Positions 9,147 through 17,866 of a stretch of 64,000 bases of DNA are shown here, piece by piece; the stretch's first letter is position 1; each line of letters begins with the position of its first letter. Below the pieces are notes generated by a model. It did no database searches and had not been told where the DNA came from. It worked only from the letters and a program-made list of their open reading frames with translations. The stretch comes from Myxococcales bacterium (GTDB taxonomy: Bacteria > Myxococcota_A > Polyangia > Polyangiales > Polyangiaceae). A program made the position numbers and the translations under genes. Location: positions 1 through 64,000 of the forward strand of contig JAYTOU010000066.1 in the NCBI GenBank assembly GCA_043747615.1, in the 5' to 3' direction.

Positions 9147-9338
9147 TTACTTGGCGGGGGTCGTGGTGGTGGTGGTGGTCGTCGGGGTCGCGGGGGTCGC
9201 GGGGGTCGACGGCATCGCGGGGTCCGGGGGGGTCGTCGTGGTGGTGGTCGTGGACGTGGGATCCGCCGCGGGCTTGGCGTCGCCGCCGCAGGCCATGAGG
9301 CTCATCGCAACGATCGAGAAAATAGCTACCGTCTTCAT
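9147..9338 (-). CDS. Small Thr/Pro-rich lipoprotein (63 aa)
   Basis: GAGGAG RBS; LMAC lipobox; poly-Thr tracts. Confidence 0.8.
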   Translation of the reverse strand: MKTVAIFSIVAMSLMACGGDAKPAADPTSTTTTTTTPPDPAMPSTPATPATPTTTTTTTTPAK

Positions 9339-9371
9339 GTGTGATTCTCCTCTAGGTTTAACGAAGCGGCG

Positions 9372-9432
9372 CCGTTTTGCCGCAGGTACGCACCGGCGTC
9401 AATGCGTTTTCCCCGTTTTACCGCAGGAACAC
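9372..9432. promoter_or_regulatory. 20-bp imperfect direct repeat overlapping a sigma70-like promoter for the lipoprotein genes
   Basis: ccgttttgccgcaggtacgc (9372) and ccgttttaccgcaggaacac (9413); minus strand TTGACG-N17-CAAAAC. Confidence 0.45.
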
Positions 9433-9491
9433 GACGGGTGCGTGGGGACCTTAGCACGACAGCGGCGAGAGAGGGTAAGGTGGGGTCGACC

Positions 9492-11372
9492 ATGCCGACT
9501 TTGAAATGGTTCCCCAACCAAGGCGCTCCCCGCCATTTCACCCTATTCAAGCCGGTGTCCACGATTGGGCGAGCCCTCGGAAACGACGTGGCCGTACCAA
9601 CGCCGGGGATCGCCGAGACGCACGCTCAGGTTCTCTTCGACGGCCGTGATTTCAATCTCGAGGAAGTCGACAAGGCGGGCGAGATCCTCGTCAACGGCAA
9701 GAAAAAGCGACGTGCGAGACTCGTGCACGGGGATCGTCTGATCCTCGGTGACGCAGAGCTCACCTTCAGCATGTTCGACGAGCCGAGCCGCGAGGCCGCA
9801 CCCCAGGCCACAAAAGACGCGACCGAGTCGAGCGGGATGCAACTCGCCGGCGTGCGAAAGCTCTACGAATTCAGCGAAAAGCTGATGACCATGAAGCAGC
9901 TGGACGAGCTCCTAGAGGCAATGCTCGACGCGGTGTTGGAAGTAACCGGCGGCGAGAAGGGGCTCATCTTGCTGATGGATGACGCGCTCGAATCCGAAAA
10001 GTCCGGAGAAGGAAAGCCCGTCGTCCGCGCCTCTCGCCACGTGAACAAGGAAGCGATCACCAACACCGCCGGCGTCATCTCGGACAGCATCGTCCGCCGC
10101 GTGCTCGAGACCGGCAAAGCGATCATCGTGAGCGATGCTCTCAGCGACACTCAGTTCGGGTCGAGCGAGAGCGTAGTCGCCCTTCGTCTGTCGAGCGTGA
10201 TGTGCGCGCCGCTCGTCTCCCAAGGCCACGTCACCGGTGCGATGTACGTCGGAAATGACCGGGTAAAGGGCCTCTTCGAGCGATCGCAGCTCGATGTACT
10301 TTCCATCTTCGCGGGCCAGGCTTCGCTCATTCTGCAGAACGCGCTCCTCCTCACCGCGCTGCGCGCCGACAAAGAAAAACTCTCCGCCGAGCTGAAGGAC
10401 AAACGATTCGGAGAGATCATCGGCGTGTGTCCGTCGATGATGGAAGTCTTTCGCAAATTGCAGAAGGTGGCGACGACCGACATCAGCGTTCTCATCACCG
10501 GCGAAACCGGCACTGGCAAGGAGCTGATCGCCCGCGAGCTCCATCGCCGTTCGAACCGCGCGAACGGCCCCTTCGTGGTCATCAACTGCGGCGCGATTCC
10601 CGAGAACCTCATCGAGAGCGAGCTCTTTGGTCACGTGAAGGGCGCCTTCACTGGCGCTGTCGGCTCACGCCCTGGCAAATTCCAGGTCGCCGACAAAGGC
10701 ACTCTTTTCCTCGATGAAATTGGCGAGCTCCCGCTGAATCTCCAGGTCAAGTTGCTCCGCGCGTTGCAGGAGCGCGTCGTCTTTCGGGTCGGAGACTCCA
10801 AACCCGAGAAGGTCGACATCCGCATCGTCGCAGCAACCAACCGCGTCCTCGAAGAAGAGATCCGCGCCGGTCGGTTTCGTGAAGATCTCTACTACCGCCT
10901 CAACGTGGTGAACCTCTTCAACCCGCCGCTGCGTGAGCGCGGAGACGACGTGCTCATCATCGCCAAAGCGTTGCTCTCCAAGTTTGCCGACGAGCTCGGT
11001 TCGTCCGTCCAGGGCTTCACGCCCCAGGCTCTTTCCGCCATCAAGAAGAACCCCTGGCCCGGCAACATTCGTCAGCTGGAGAACCGAATCAAAAAAGCGC
11101 TCGTCCTCTGCGAGAAGACGCTCCTGTCGCCCGAAGACCTCGACCTCGGCGCCAACGCCGAAAACCCTATTTTGCCACTGGAAAAAGCCAAAGAAGAGTT
11201 CCAGCGCAAGTATGTCCTCGAGGTGCTCGAGCGCAACAACGGTAACCGCACCCAGACCGCGCGTGACCTCGGCGTCGACCCGCGCACCATCTTTCGCTAC
11301 CTCGAGCGCGAAGCGAATCCGATGCCCAGTGGAGCCGTGAGCGGCTCGGGTAACGGCGACAAGAGCACATGA
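9492..11372 (+). CDS. FHA-GAF-sigma54 (AAA+)-Fis HTH transcriptional activator
   Basis: GETGTGKE, ESELFGHVKGAFTGA, LFLDEIGE, WPGNIRQLEN, C-terminal HTH; likely start MPTLKWF. Confidence 0.93.
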   Translation: MPTLKWFPNQGAPRHFTLFKPVSTIGRALGNDVAVPTPGIAETHAQVLFDGRDFNLEEVDKAGEILVNGKKKRRARLVHGDRLILGDAELTFSMFDEPSREAAPQATKDATESSGMQLAGVRKLYEFSEKLMTMKQLDELLEAMLDAVLEVTGGEKGLILLMDDALESEKSGEGKPVVRASRHVNKEAITNTAGVISDSIVRRVLETGKAIIVSDALSDTQFGSSESVVALRLSSVMCAPLVSQGHVTGAMYVGNDRVKGLFERSQLDVLSIFAGQASLILQNALLLTALRADKEKLSAELKDKRFGEIIGVCPSMMEVFRKLQKVATTDISVLITGETGTGKELIARELHRRSNRANGPFVVINCGAIPENLIESELFGHVKGAFTGAVGSRPGKFQVADKGTLFLDEIGELPLNLQVKLLRALQERVVFRVGDSKPEKVDIRIVAATNRVLEEEIRAGRFREDLYYRLNVVNLFNPPLRERGDDVLIIAKALLSKFADELGSSVQGFTPQALSAIKKNPWPGNIRQLENRIKKALVLCEKTLLSPEDLDLGANAENPILPLEKAKEEFQRKYVLEVLERNNGNRTQTARDLGVDPRTIFRYLEREANPMPSGAVSGSGNGDKST

Positions 11373-13780
11373 CGGACGTCTCACTCGGGGAACCTTGCCC
11401 GCCGAAGACGCGGCTCGACCTCGACTGGGATCGCATCCTGCGGGCGCTTGCGGCGCGGTGCGTGGGGCCGATGGGTCGTGAGGCGGCGCTCGGCCTGGAG
11501 TTCGCCAGCACTCGCGCGCAAACCCGCATGCTTCTCGCCGAGGCAAGCGAGGCGGTGCGTCTTCACAAGGACGGGCAGCCGCTTCCTATCGAAGAGGTGG
11601 CGGACGTCCGTGAAGCGCTCGGTCGCCTCCGGGTCGGCGGAGTGCTCGCGCCCGGGGAATTACGCGCGATCGCACAGGTGATGGCGAGTGCCCGTTCCCT
11701 CCGGCGCTTTCTCCAATCCCGCCGCTCCGGGGCCACTGCGCTCGGAGCAGCACTGGCGACGGACCCCACCCTCGATGCACTGGCAGACGAGATCAGCGAC
11801 GCCTTCGACGCCGACGGCACGCTCTCCGATCGGGCGAGCCCCACGCTTCGTGCGCTCCGGTCGGAGCAGCAGGCCGCGAAGAAACGGCTCTTGTCGCGCC
11901 TCGAAGACGTTATGAATCGCTACGAGCGCGTCCTCCAGGATCGCTTCATCACCGAGCGCGAGGGGCGGTTCGTGATTCCCGTCCGCTCCGATGCTCACGA
12001 GCGCTTTCCGGGGATCGTTCACGCGACGAGCGCCAGCGGGTCGACCATCTTCGTCGAGCCGCGGGTGGTGATCCCCATGGGAAATCGCCTCAAAATGCTG
12101 GACGCAGACGTGCAGCGCGAAGAGATTGCAGTATACACGCATCTCTCGAGTCTCCTTTCCGACGCTCTACCTAGCCTCGAAGCCTGCCGCGAGGCGATGG
12201 CCAAGGCCGATCTCCGCGAGGCCACTGCGCGTCTGGCAGACGAGCTCGCACTTACCTTCCCGAACGTAGTCGATCAGCCGAAGATCGATCTGCGCGGCGC
12301 GCGTCATCCGCTGCTCGCGCTCGATCTTCCGGCGGTGATCCCGAGCGACCTCGAGATCTCCAGCGGGCGCGCGATGATCATCAGCGGGCCGAACGCCGGC
12401 GGAAAGACCGTCGCCCTGAAGACCCTCGGGCTCGCCGCACTGATGATCCGCGCGGGCTTACCAGTGGCCTGCGACGAAGGGAGCACCGTCGGGATCTTCG
12501 AGGTCGTCCTCAGCGACGTCGGCGACGATCAGAGCCTCACCAAGAGCCTCTCCACCTTTAGCGCGCACATCTCCAACATCGCCTCGATCCTCGGAGAAAC
12601 AAGGCCCGGCGCACTAGTCCTTCTCGACGAGCTCGCCGGTGGAACCGACCCCCGGGAAGGCGAAGCGTTGGCGGCAGGCGTGCTCGACTCTCTGTCTTCG
12701 CGTGGCGGCGCGGTGGTCACCACCACCCACTACGAAGGATTGAAAGCGCTGGCCCTCGCGGACGAACGCTTCGCTAACGCCTCGGTGGGCTTCGACATCG
12801 CCACGATGTCTCCCACTTTCCGCGTGGCGATGGGGGTGCCGGGGAGCTCGAGCGCGCTCGCCGTTGCCAGGCGCTTCGGAATGCCCGCCACGGTCATCGA
12901 ACGCGCCGAGCGTTTTCTTTCCCGCGAAGATCACAATTTCGAGACGGTGGTGAAGAGACTGAACGACGAGCGCGCGGCTCTTGAGCTTGCCCGGGCAGCG
13001 GCGACGTCACGCGAAGAGGAAGCGCGACAGACGAAGACGCGCCTGGAAGTGGAGCTCGATGCGGCACGGAACCGCGAGACGCGAGCGCTCTCCCGGGAGC
13101 TCGAGGCCCTCGTCGTAAGTCTTCGCCGCGCGCAGGCTGATTTGCGCTCGGCGCAGGGCACGTTGCGAGCGAAGAAACCTGAAGAGCGCGACCTGAAAGA
13201 GGCTGCGCGCGCGATCGATCGCGTGGCGGGCGCAGTGTCCATCGGCGGCGAGCTCGAGCGATTGATCGTTCCTCAAGAAAGCGGCGAACGCGCGCCGGTG
13301 CGAAGAGAGGAGCTGCGGCGGGGCTCGAAAGTGTACGTGCCGCGCCTGCGGAGCGAAGGCGCGATCGTGGAGCTCCTCCCCGAAGGATTGGCTCGCGTGG
13401 CGGTGGGAGCGATGAAGCTCACCGTGGCCCTCGACACCCTGCGACATGCGGAGCTTCCGGAGGACGAGGCCCGCCCTCCGACCCCGACGAAGCGCGAGTC
13501 TCGCGAGATCCGCCCGCTCGAGCCCGCCATCATGACCCGCGACAACACCTGCGACCTCCGCGGCCTCCGCGCCGACGACGCCGTGTCGCTAAGCGCGACC
13601 TTCCTCGATCGATCCATCAACGAACGACGCGGGGTCGCTTTTCTTTTGCACGGTCACGGCACCGGAGCGCTCAAAGAGGCCATACGCAAAGACCTCAAAG
13701 CAAGCCCCTACGTCGCCCACTTTCGCCCGGGAAACTCCGACGAAGGCGGTGATGGCGTCACGGTGGTGTGGCTCGCGTGA
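11369..13780 (+). CDS. mutS2: Endonuclease MutS2 (MutS ATPase, coiled coil, KOW, Smr)
   Basis: SGPNAGGKT, SLSTFSAH, LDELAGGTDP, TTHY, Smr DLRG..HGHGTGAL..GGDGVT. Confidence 0.95.
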   Translation: MTDVSLGEPCPPKTRLDLDWDRILRALAARCVGPMGREAALGLEFASTRAQTRMLLAEASEAVRLHKDGQPLPIEEVADVREALGRLRVGGVLAPGELRAIAQVMASARSLRRFLQSRRSGATALGAALATDPTLDALADEISDAFDADGTLSDRASPTLRALRSEQQAAKKRLLSRLEDVMNRYERVLQDRFITEREGRFVIPVRSDAHERFPGIVHATSASGSTIFVEPRVVIPMGNRLKMLDADVQREEIAVYTHLSSLLSDALPSLEACREAMAKADLREATARLADELALTFPNVVDQPKIDLRGARHPLLALDLPAVIPSDLEISSGRAMIISGPNAGGKTVALKTLGLAALMIRAGLPVACDEGSTVGIFEVVLSDVGDDQSLTKSLSTFSAHISNIASILGETRPGALVLLDELAGGTDPREGEALAAGVLDSLSSRGGAVVTTTHYEGLKALALADERFANASVGFDIATMSPTFRVAMGVPGSSSALAVARRFGMPATVIERAERFLSREDHNFETVVKRLNDERAALELARAAATSREEEARQTKTRLEVELDAARNRETRALSRELEALVVSLRRAQADLRSAQGTLRAKKPEERDLKEAARAIDRVAGAVSIGGELERLIVPQESGERAPVRREELRRGSKVYVPRLRSEGAIVELLPEGLARVAVGAMKLTVALDTLRHAELPEDEARPPTPTKRESREIRPLEPAIMTRDNTCDLRGLRADDAVSLSATFLDRSINERRGVAFLLHGHGTGALKEAIRKDLKASPYVAHFRPGNSDEGGDGVTVVWLA

Positions 13781-14690
13781 TGAGCGTGCGCTGCTCGCCG
13801 ATCTGTAGAACCGTGATCTTTTCGGGTCCGATGTTTCGCGCGGCCATCACTTCACCGAGGACGCGTGTGGCGTCGCCGACCTCGTCCGTGGAGTTGATGA
13901 ACGTGTCGAAGTGAATGGGAATCATTCGACGCGCTTTGAGGTCGATAAACGCCTGCACTGCCTCGTTGGGATCCACGTGGGACGCCTTCATGAAACCGCG
14001 CGGCTCGATCGGAGCGATCGGCATGAGAGCGAGATCGATCGAAGGAAAACGCCCCGCCGTCTCGACGAAATTTTTCTGCACGTAGGCAGTGTCGCCGCCA
14101 AAGTACACGGTGATGCCGTGATACGAGATCACGTAGCCAGTGAAGGTCTTATCCATCCAACCTGCATCGAGCCCGTAGCGCATTCCGTTGTGTTTCACGG
14201 GGACGGCGGTGATCTGCAAACCGTTACTCTCCCAGCGCTCCCACCGCGCAAGCTCGGTCGCCGGAAACGAATAGTCCGGCACGTACACCAGGCCTCCGCG
14301 AGGCACGAAAAGCCGAGCGATCTTCTTCTCGAGAATGTCGAGCGAGCCGAAGGAGAGATGATCGAAATGCATGTGCGAGATGATCACAGCATCGATGGGC
14401 GGAAGATTCTCGGGATCGATTCCCGGCTCGACCAAGCGCTTCGAGAGCTGACCGACGGTGGGCGTGAACACCGGGTCCGTCAGGATGAACTTGTCGTCGA
14501 TCTGCACGAGCACCGTCGCGTGGCCAACCCAGAGCACCGCCAGGCGCGCGTCTGGCCTCACCGGGTGAGTCACCTTGTTGGGCACTTCGCGGGGCGTGCG
14601 AAACAGAGTCCCCAGACTACGGGTGGCCGCGCTGCAGCCAACGCTTAGGACCAACGCCGCGCTCAGGATCCCTCTCGGAAGCTGGCGCAT
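13758..14690 (-). CDS. MBL-fold metallo-hydrolase (RomA/NAPE-PLD-like), lipoprotein
   Basis: WVGHAT, LTDPVF, ISHMHFDHL, GDTAY, IPIHF; SVGC lipobox. Confidence 0.88.
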   Translation of the reverse strand: MRQLPRGILSAALVLSVGCSAATRSLGTLFRTPREVPNKVTHPVRPDARLAVLWVGHATVLVQIDDKFILTDPVFTPTVGQLSKRLVEPGIDPENLPPIDAVIISHMHFDHLSFGSLDILEKKIARLFVPRGGLVYVPDYSFPATELARWERWESNGLQITAVPVKHNGMRYGLDAGWMDKTFTGYVISYHGITVYFGGDTAYVQKNFVETAGRFPSIDLALMPIAPIEPRGFMKASHVDPNEAVQAFIDLKARRMIPIHFDTFINSTDEVGDATRVLGEVMAARNIGPEKITVLQIGEQRTLITRATPP

Positions 14691-15181
14691 CAGAAGTACC
14701 GGAAGCGAAGTGTGACTATCACGGGCGGCTGCAGCGGGGACGGAGAGTAGGTGACCTGAATGCCGAGCACCCCGAAGAGAACGTACACGCCGCCTTCGTA
14801 GCCGACGCCTCCCCCGGCGAACGTGGAGTACGACGTGCCGAGTGAGAACGAGAGATACTCACCGTGCTCGAGGACCGGAAAGTACGCGCGTGTGCCCAAA
14901 CGAAGTGACCACCGGCCGGGCGCGCTGCTGCCGATGGCCAGGTACTCCGGCGAGGCGAAGGCTTCGATCGAGCCGGCCTGACGAATGCCCGGCTCGGCGA
15001 TGAACGCGCGCCATGGCCGCGCTCCTCGATGGGTGTTGAACGCGTAGAGGACCGGCGTCACTTGCCAACGAAGCCCGAAATAGGCTTGTTTCTCAGCGAT
15101 CGCGATCTCCGGGCTCGGAATCGTCTGAGCGATCGCCCACGCCGCATCGGGCATCGGCGGCTTCTGGACCGGCTCGCTCAT
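14690..15181 (-). CDS. Hypothetical beta-strand-rich protein ending in Phe
   Basis: Fills the gap within the operon; amphipathic strands; ends VTLRFRYF. Confidence 0.65.
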   Translation of the reverse strand: MSEPVQKPPMPDAAWAIAQTIPSPEIAIAEKQAYFGLRWQVTPVLYAFNTHRGARPWRAFIAEPGIRQAGSIEAFASPEYLAIGSSAPGRWSLRLGTRAYFPVLEHGEYLSFSLGTSYSTFAGGGVGYEGGVYVLFGVLGIQVTYSPSPLQPPVIVTLRFRYF

Positions 15182-15189
15182 CGACCGAA

Positions 15190-16818
15190 TCAGACGCTGA
15201 TCGAACCTTTACGAAAATCGCTTCGCGCGATCTTCACGTTCACGCAGCACGGCTTCTTGCTGGCGAAAGCTCGGTCGAGCGCCGGGCCGAGCTCGTCGAC
15301 CGTCTCTACCCAGATGCCGAGCCCACCGCACGCTTCGACGACCTTCTCGTAGTGGGTGTAGTCGAGGGCCGTTGCGACTGCGCGCTCTTCTCCATAGAGC
15401 TCTACCTGACCGCGGCGGATCTGCGTCCACCCCGCGTCGTTGCCGATGACGGCGATCACCGGAATGTTCTGGCGAGCCATGGCCTCGAACTCGAGCCCGT
15501 GGAGGCCGAAGCTTCCGTCGCCGTATACGAGGACGACGTTCGCATCGGGACGAGCGAGCTTCGCGGCCATCGCGTAGCCCGGGCCGACGCCGAGCGTGCC
15601 GAGGGGGCCGGGATCCATCCACAGCTGCGGCCATTGCATCTTGAGCACGTACGCTGCGGTGGCTACGAAATCGCCGCCGTCGCCGACCACGATGTCGTTC
15701 GGCTTGAGCCTCTTTCCGATCTCGTTGCACACCCGAAGCGGATTGGGCGGTGAGTCGTTCGACTCGATCTCGGCGAGCATCTTCGCGCGCCGCTTGGTCT
15801 CGTCATCGCGGACGGACGCGAGCCAGGCCGGCGCCTTCTTGGCCTTCGCGGCGTCGACGAGCTGCTTGAGCACGATGCCGCTGTCTCCGTGAATCGCCAC
15901 GTCTACCCTGCGATTTCGTCCGAGCTCCGCGCCGTCGAGATCGATCTGCACGATCTTGGCGCCCGCGCCGATCGCGCGCCCGTACTCCAACCGGAAATCG
16001 AACGGCGTGCCGAAGATGAAGACGACGTCGGCTTTGCCGAGCGCGAACTTTCGCGACCGCGACATGAGGCCTGGGTGCTCGAAGGGGATCGATCCTCGAG
16101 CCATACCGTTGACGTAAAATGGCACCTCGAACGCGTCCGCCGCACGCTTCACTTCGTCGCGAAGGGGTGACCATCGGATCTGCGATCCTACGATGAAACA
16201 AGGCCTCTCAGCGCTCGCGAGTAGACTCACCGCCTTGGCGATCGCCCGCGGATCCCCCGCAGGACGCGGCGGCTCGTCCATCGGCGCGGTGGCCGGAAGA
16301 TCACTGTCGTCGTGCATGTTCATCAGCAGATCGAGAGGCATCTCGAGGAACACCGGGCCGGGCAGGTTCGACTGCGCGACTCGAAACGCAGCATCGATGT
16401 ACTCGGCGATGCGACGCACCTCCGGAACCTGCACGCTCCACTTGGTGATCGGGCGCATCAAGGTCACGCAGTCCATGTCCTGGAGCGAGCCCATGTCGCA
16501 CAGTTGCTTCGGCCCCGCTCCGCCAATGACGATCATCGGGATGCCGGCGCGCTGAGCGTTGGCGACTGCGGTCACCACGTCGGTCACGCCCGGACCAGCG
16601 GTCACGGCGCAAACCCCGGGCCTACCCGTGACGCGCGCGTAGCCATCGGCAGCGTGCCCCGCGGTCTGTTCGTGCCGCACGTCGACGACGCGGATGCTCT
16701 CGTCGATGCACCCGTCGTAGATGGCCTGGATGTGCCCGCCGCAGAGCGTGAAAAGGTGCGTCGTGCCGTGACGCTTGAGTGCTTGAGCTACGAGACGCCC
16801 GCCGTGTACGAATGCCAT
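15190..16818 (-). CDS. TPP-dependent enzyme, ILVBL/2-hydroxyacyl-CoA lyase-like (acetolactate synthase superfamily)
   Basis: LCGGHI, RHEQTAGHAADG, GDGGDFV, WMDPGPLGTLGVG, GDG..N TPP motif. Confidence 0.88.
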   Translation of the reverse strand: MAFVHGGRLVAQALKRHGTTHLFTLCGGHIQAIYDGCIDESIRVVDVRHEQTAGHAADGYARVTGRPGVCAVTAGPGVTDVVTAVANAQRAGIPMIVIGGAGPKQLCDMGSLQDMDCVTLMRPITKWSVQVPEVRRIAEYIDAAFRVAQSNLPGPVFLEMPLDLLMNMHDDSDLPATAPMDEPPRPAGDPRAIAKAVSLLASAERPCFIVGSQIRWSPLRDEVKRAADAFEVPFYVNGMARGSIPFEHPGLMSRSRKFALGKADVVFIFGTPFDFRLEYGRAIGAGAKIVQIDLDGAELGRNRRVDVAIHGDSGIVLKQLVDAAKAKKAPAWLASVRDDETKRRAKMLAEIESNDSPPNPLRVCNEIGKRLKPNDIVVGDGGDFVATAAYVLKMQWPQLWMDPGPLGTLGVGPGYAMAAKLARPDANVVLVYGDGSFGLHGLEFEAMARQNIPVIAVIGNDAGWTQIRRGQVELYGEERAVATALDYTHYEKVVEACGGLGIWVETVDELGPALDRAFASKKPCCVNVKIARSDFRKGSISV

Positions 16819-16837
16819 GCGGAAACCATAACCGGAT

Positions 16838-17866
16838 CTAGTTGCTCGGAACGACGATTTTTCCGGAGACGACGTCCTTCCGCAGGAGGGCGATCTTGGC
16901 TTTCACATCGTCCGGAATGCGACCTGCGTGCGGCCCCTCGTGAACGTAGTCGATGCCGTCTTCTTTAAGACCGAAGGTCCGCATTCCTCCTACGAACTGG
17001 CCGTCTTTGGCGGACTTGATCGTGTCGAAGACCGCCACGTCGACGCCCTTGGTCATGCTGGTGATCACCGTGTCGGGCATCTCGTCGTGCTGATCGGAGT
17101 CGACTCCAATGGCCATCACGTGAGCATCGTGCGCCCCCTCGAAGACGCCGTGACCCGTAGAGCCGGAGGCGTGGAAGAGCACGTCTGCACCGGCCTGTAT
17201 TTCGCTGATGGCGAGCGTCTTGCCCCGTGCGGGATCTTTGAACGCGTCGGGGGTGGCGCCGGCATATGCGCTGTGGACGACGCACTCCGGACACGCGGCG
17301 GTGACGCCTGCCCCGTAACCCGCCTCGAATTTGCGAATGAGGGGGATGGTCATGCCCCCGACGAAGCCGACGTGCTTGGTCTTCGACATCAGCCCTGCGA
17401 CGGCGCCGACGAGAAAAGAGCCTTCTTCTTCCCGAAAAACGAGGCCGGCGACGTTGGGCGGGGGGCCTTGGTCATCCGGTGAATAATCGATGCATGCAAA
17501 GTGCACGTTTGGATACGCGCGGGCCACGGCGTTGACGTCGCTCGAAAATATGAAGCCGACGCCGATCACCAGGTCCATCCCTCGAGCGGCGAAGAGACGG
17601 AGCGCGGCCTCGCGATCTTCGCTGCCGGTAGGCTCGAGATAGGCGGTCTCGACGCCCAGCTCTTTTTTCGCGCGAAGGAGCCCGGTGAACGCAGCATCGT
17701 TGAAGCTCTTGTCGCCGCGACCACCCACATCGAACACGAGGCCGATCTTGATCGCGCTAGGTTGCTGCGCAGACTGCGCGCCGGCGTCTCCGTGGCGGGC
17801 AGGAAGGAACGTCAGACCGACGGCGAGCGCGGCGAGGAGAGCGACATAGGCTTCCGCTCGAATCAC
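16838..17866 (-). CDS. BMP/PnrA-family ABC substrate-binding protein
   Basis: GGRGDKSFND, FREEEGSFLVG, GFVGGM, IGVDSDQ. Confidence 0.92.
   Translation of the reverse strand: MIRAEAYVALLAALAVGLTFLPARHGDAGAQSAQQPSAIKIGLVFDVGGRGDKSFNDAAFTGLLRAKKELGVETAYLEPTGSEDREAALRLFAARGMDLVIGVGFIFSSDVNAVARAYPNVHFACIDYSPDDQGPPPNVAGLVFREEEGSFLVGAVAGLMSKTKHVGFVGGMTIPLIRKFEAGYGAGVTAACPECVVHSAYAGATPDAFKDPARGKTLAISEIQAGADVLFHASGSTGHGVFEGAHDAHVMAIGVDSDQHDEMPDTVITSMTKGVDVAVFDTIKSAKDGQFVGGMRTFGLKEDGIDYVHEGPHAGRIPDDVKAKIALLRKDVVSGKIVVPSN

Noticed and set aside
9150..9260. gtg/gtc and ggggtcgcg repeats
   Set aside because: Coding poly-Thr and TPA repeats of the small lipoprotein; no spacer structure
13758..13780. Overlapping 3' ends of convergent genes (also 38417-38430) as antisense regulation
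   Set aside because: Short convergent overlaps are common in dense GC-rich genomes; no further evidence
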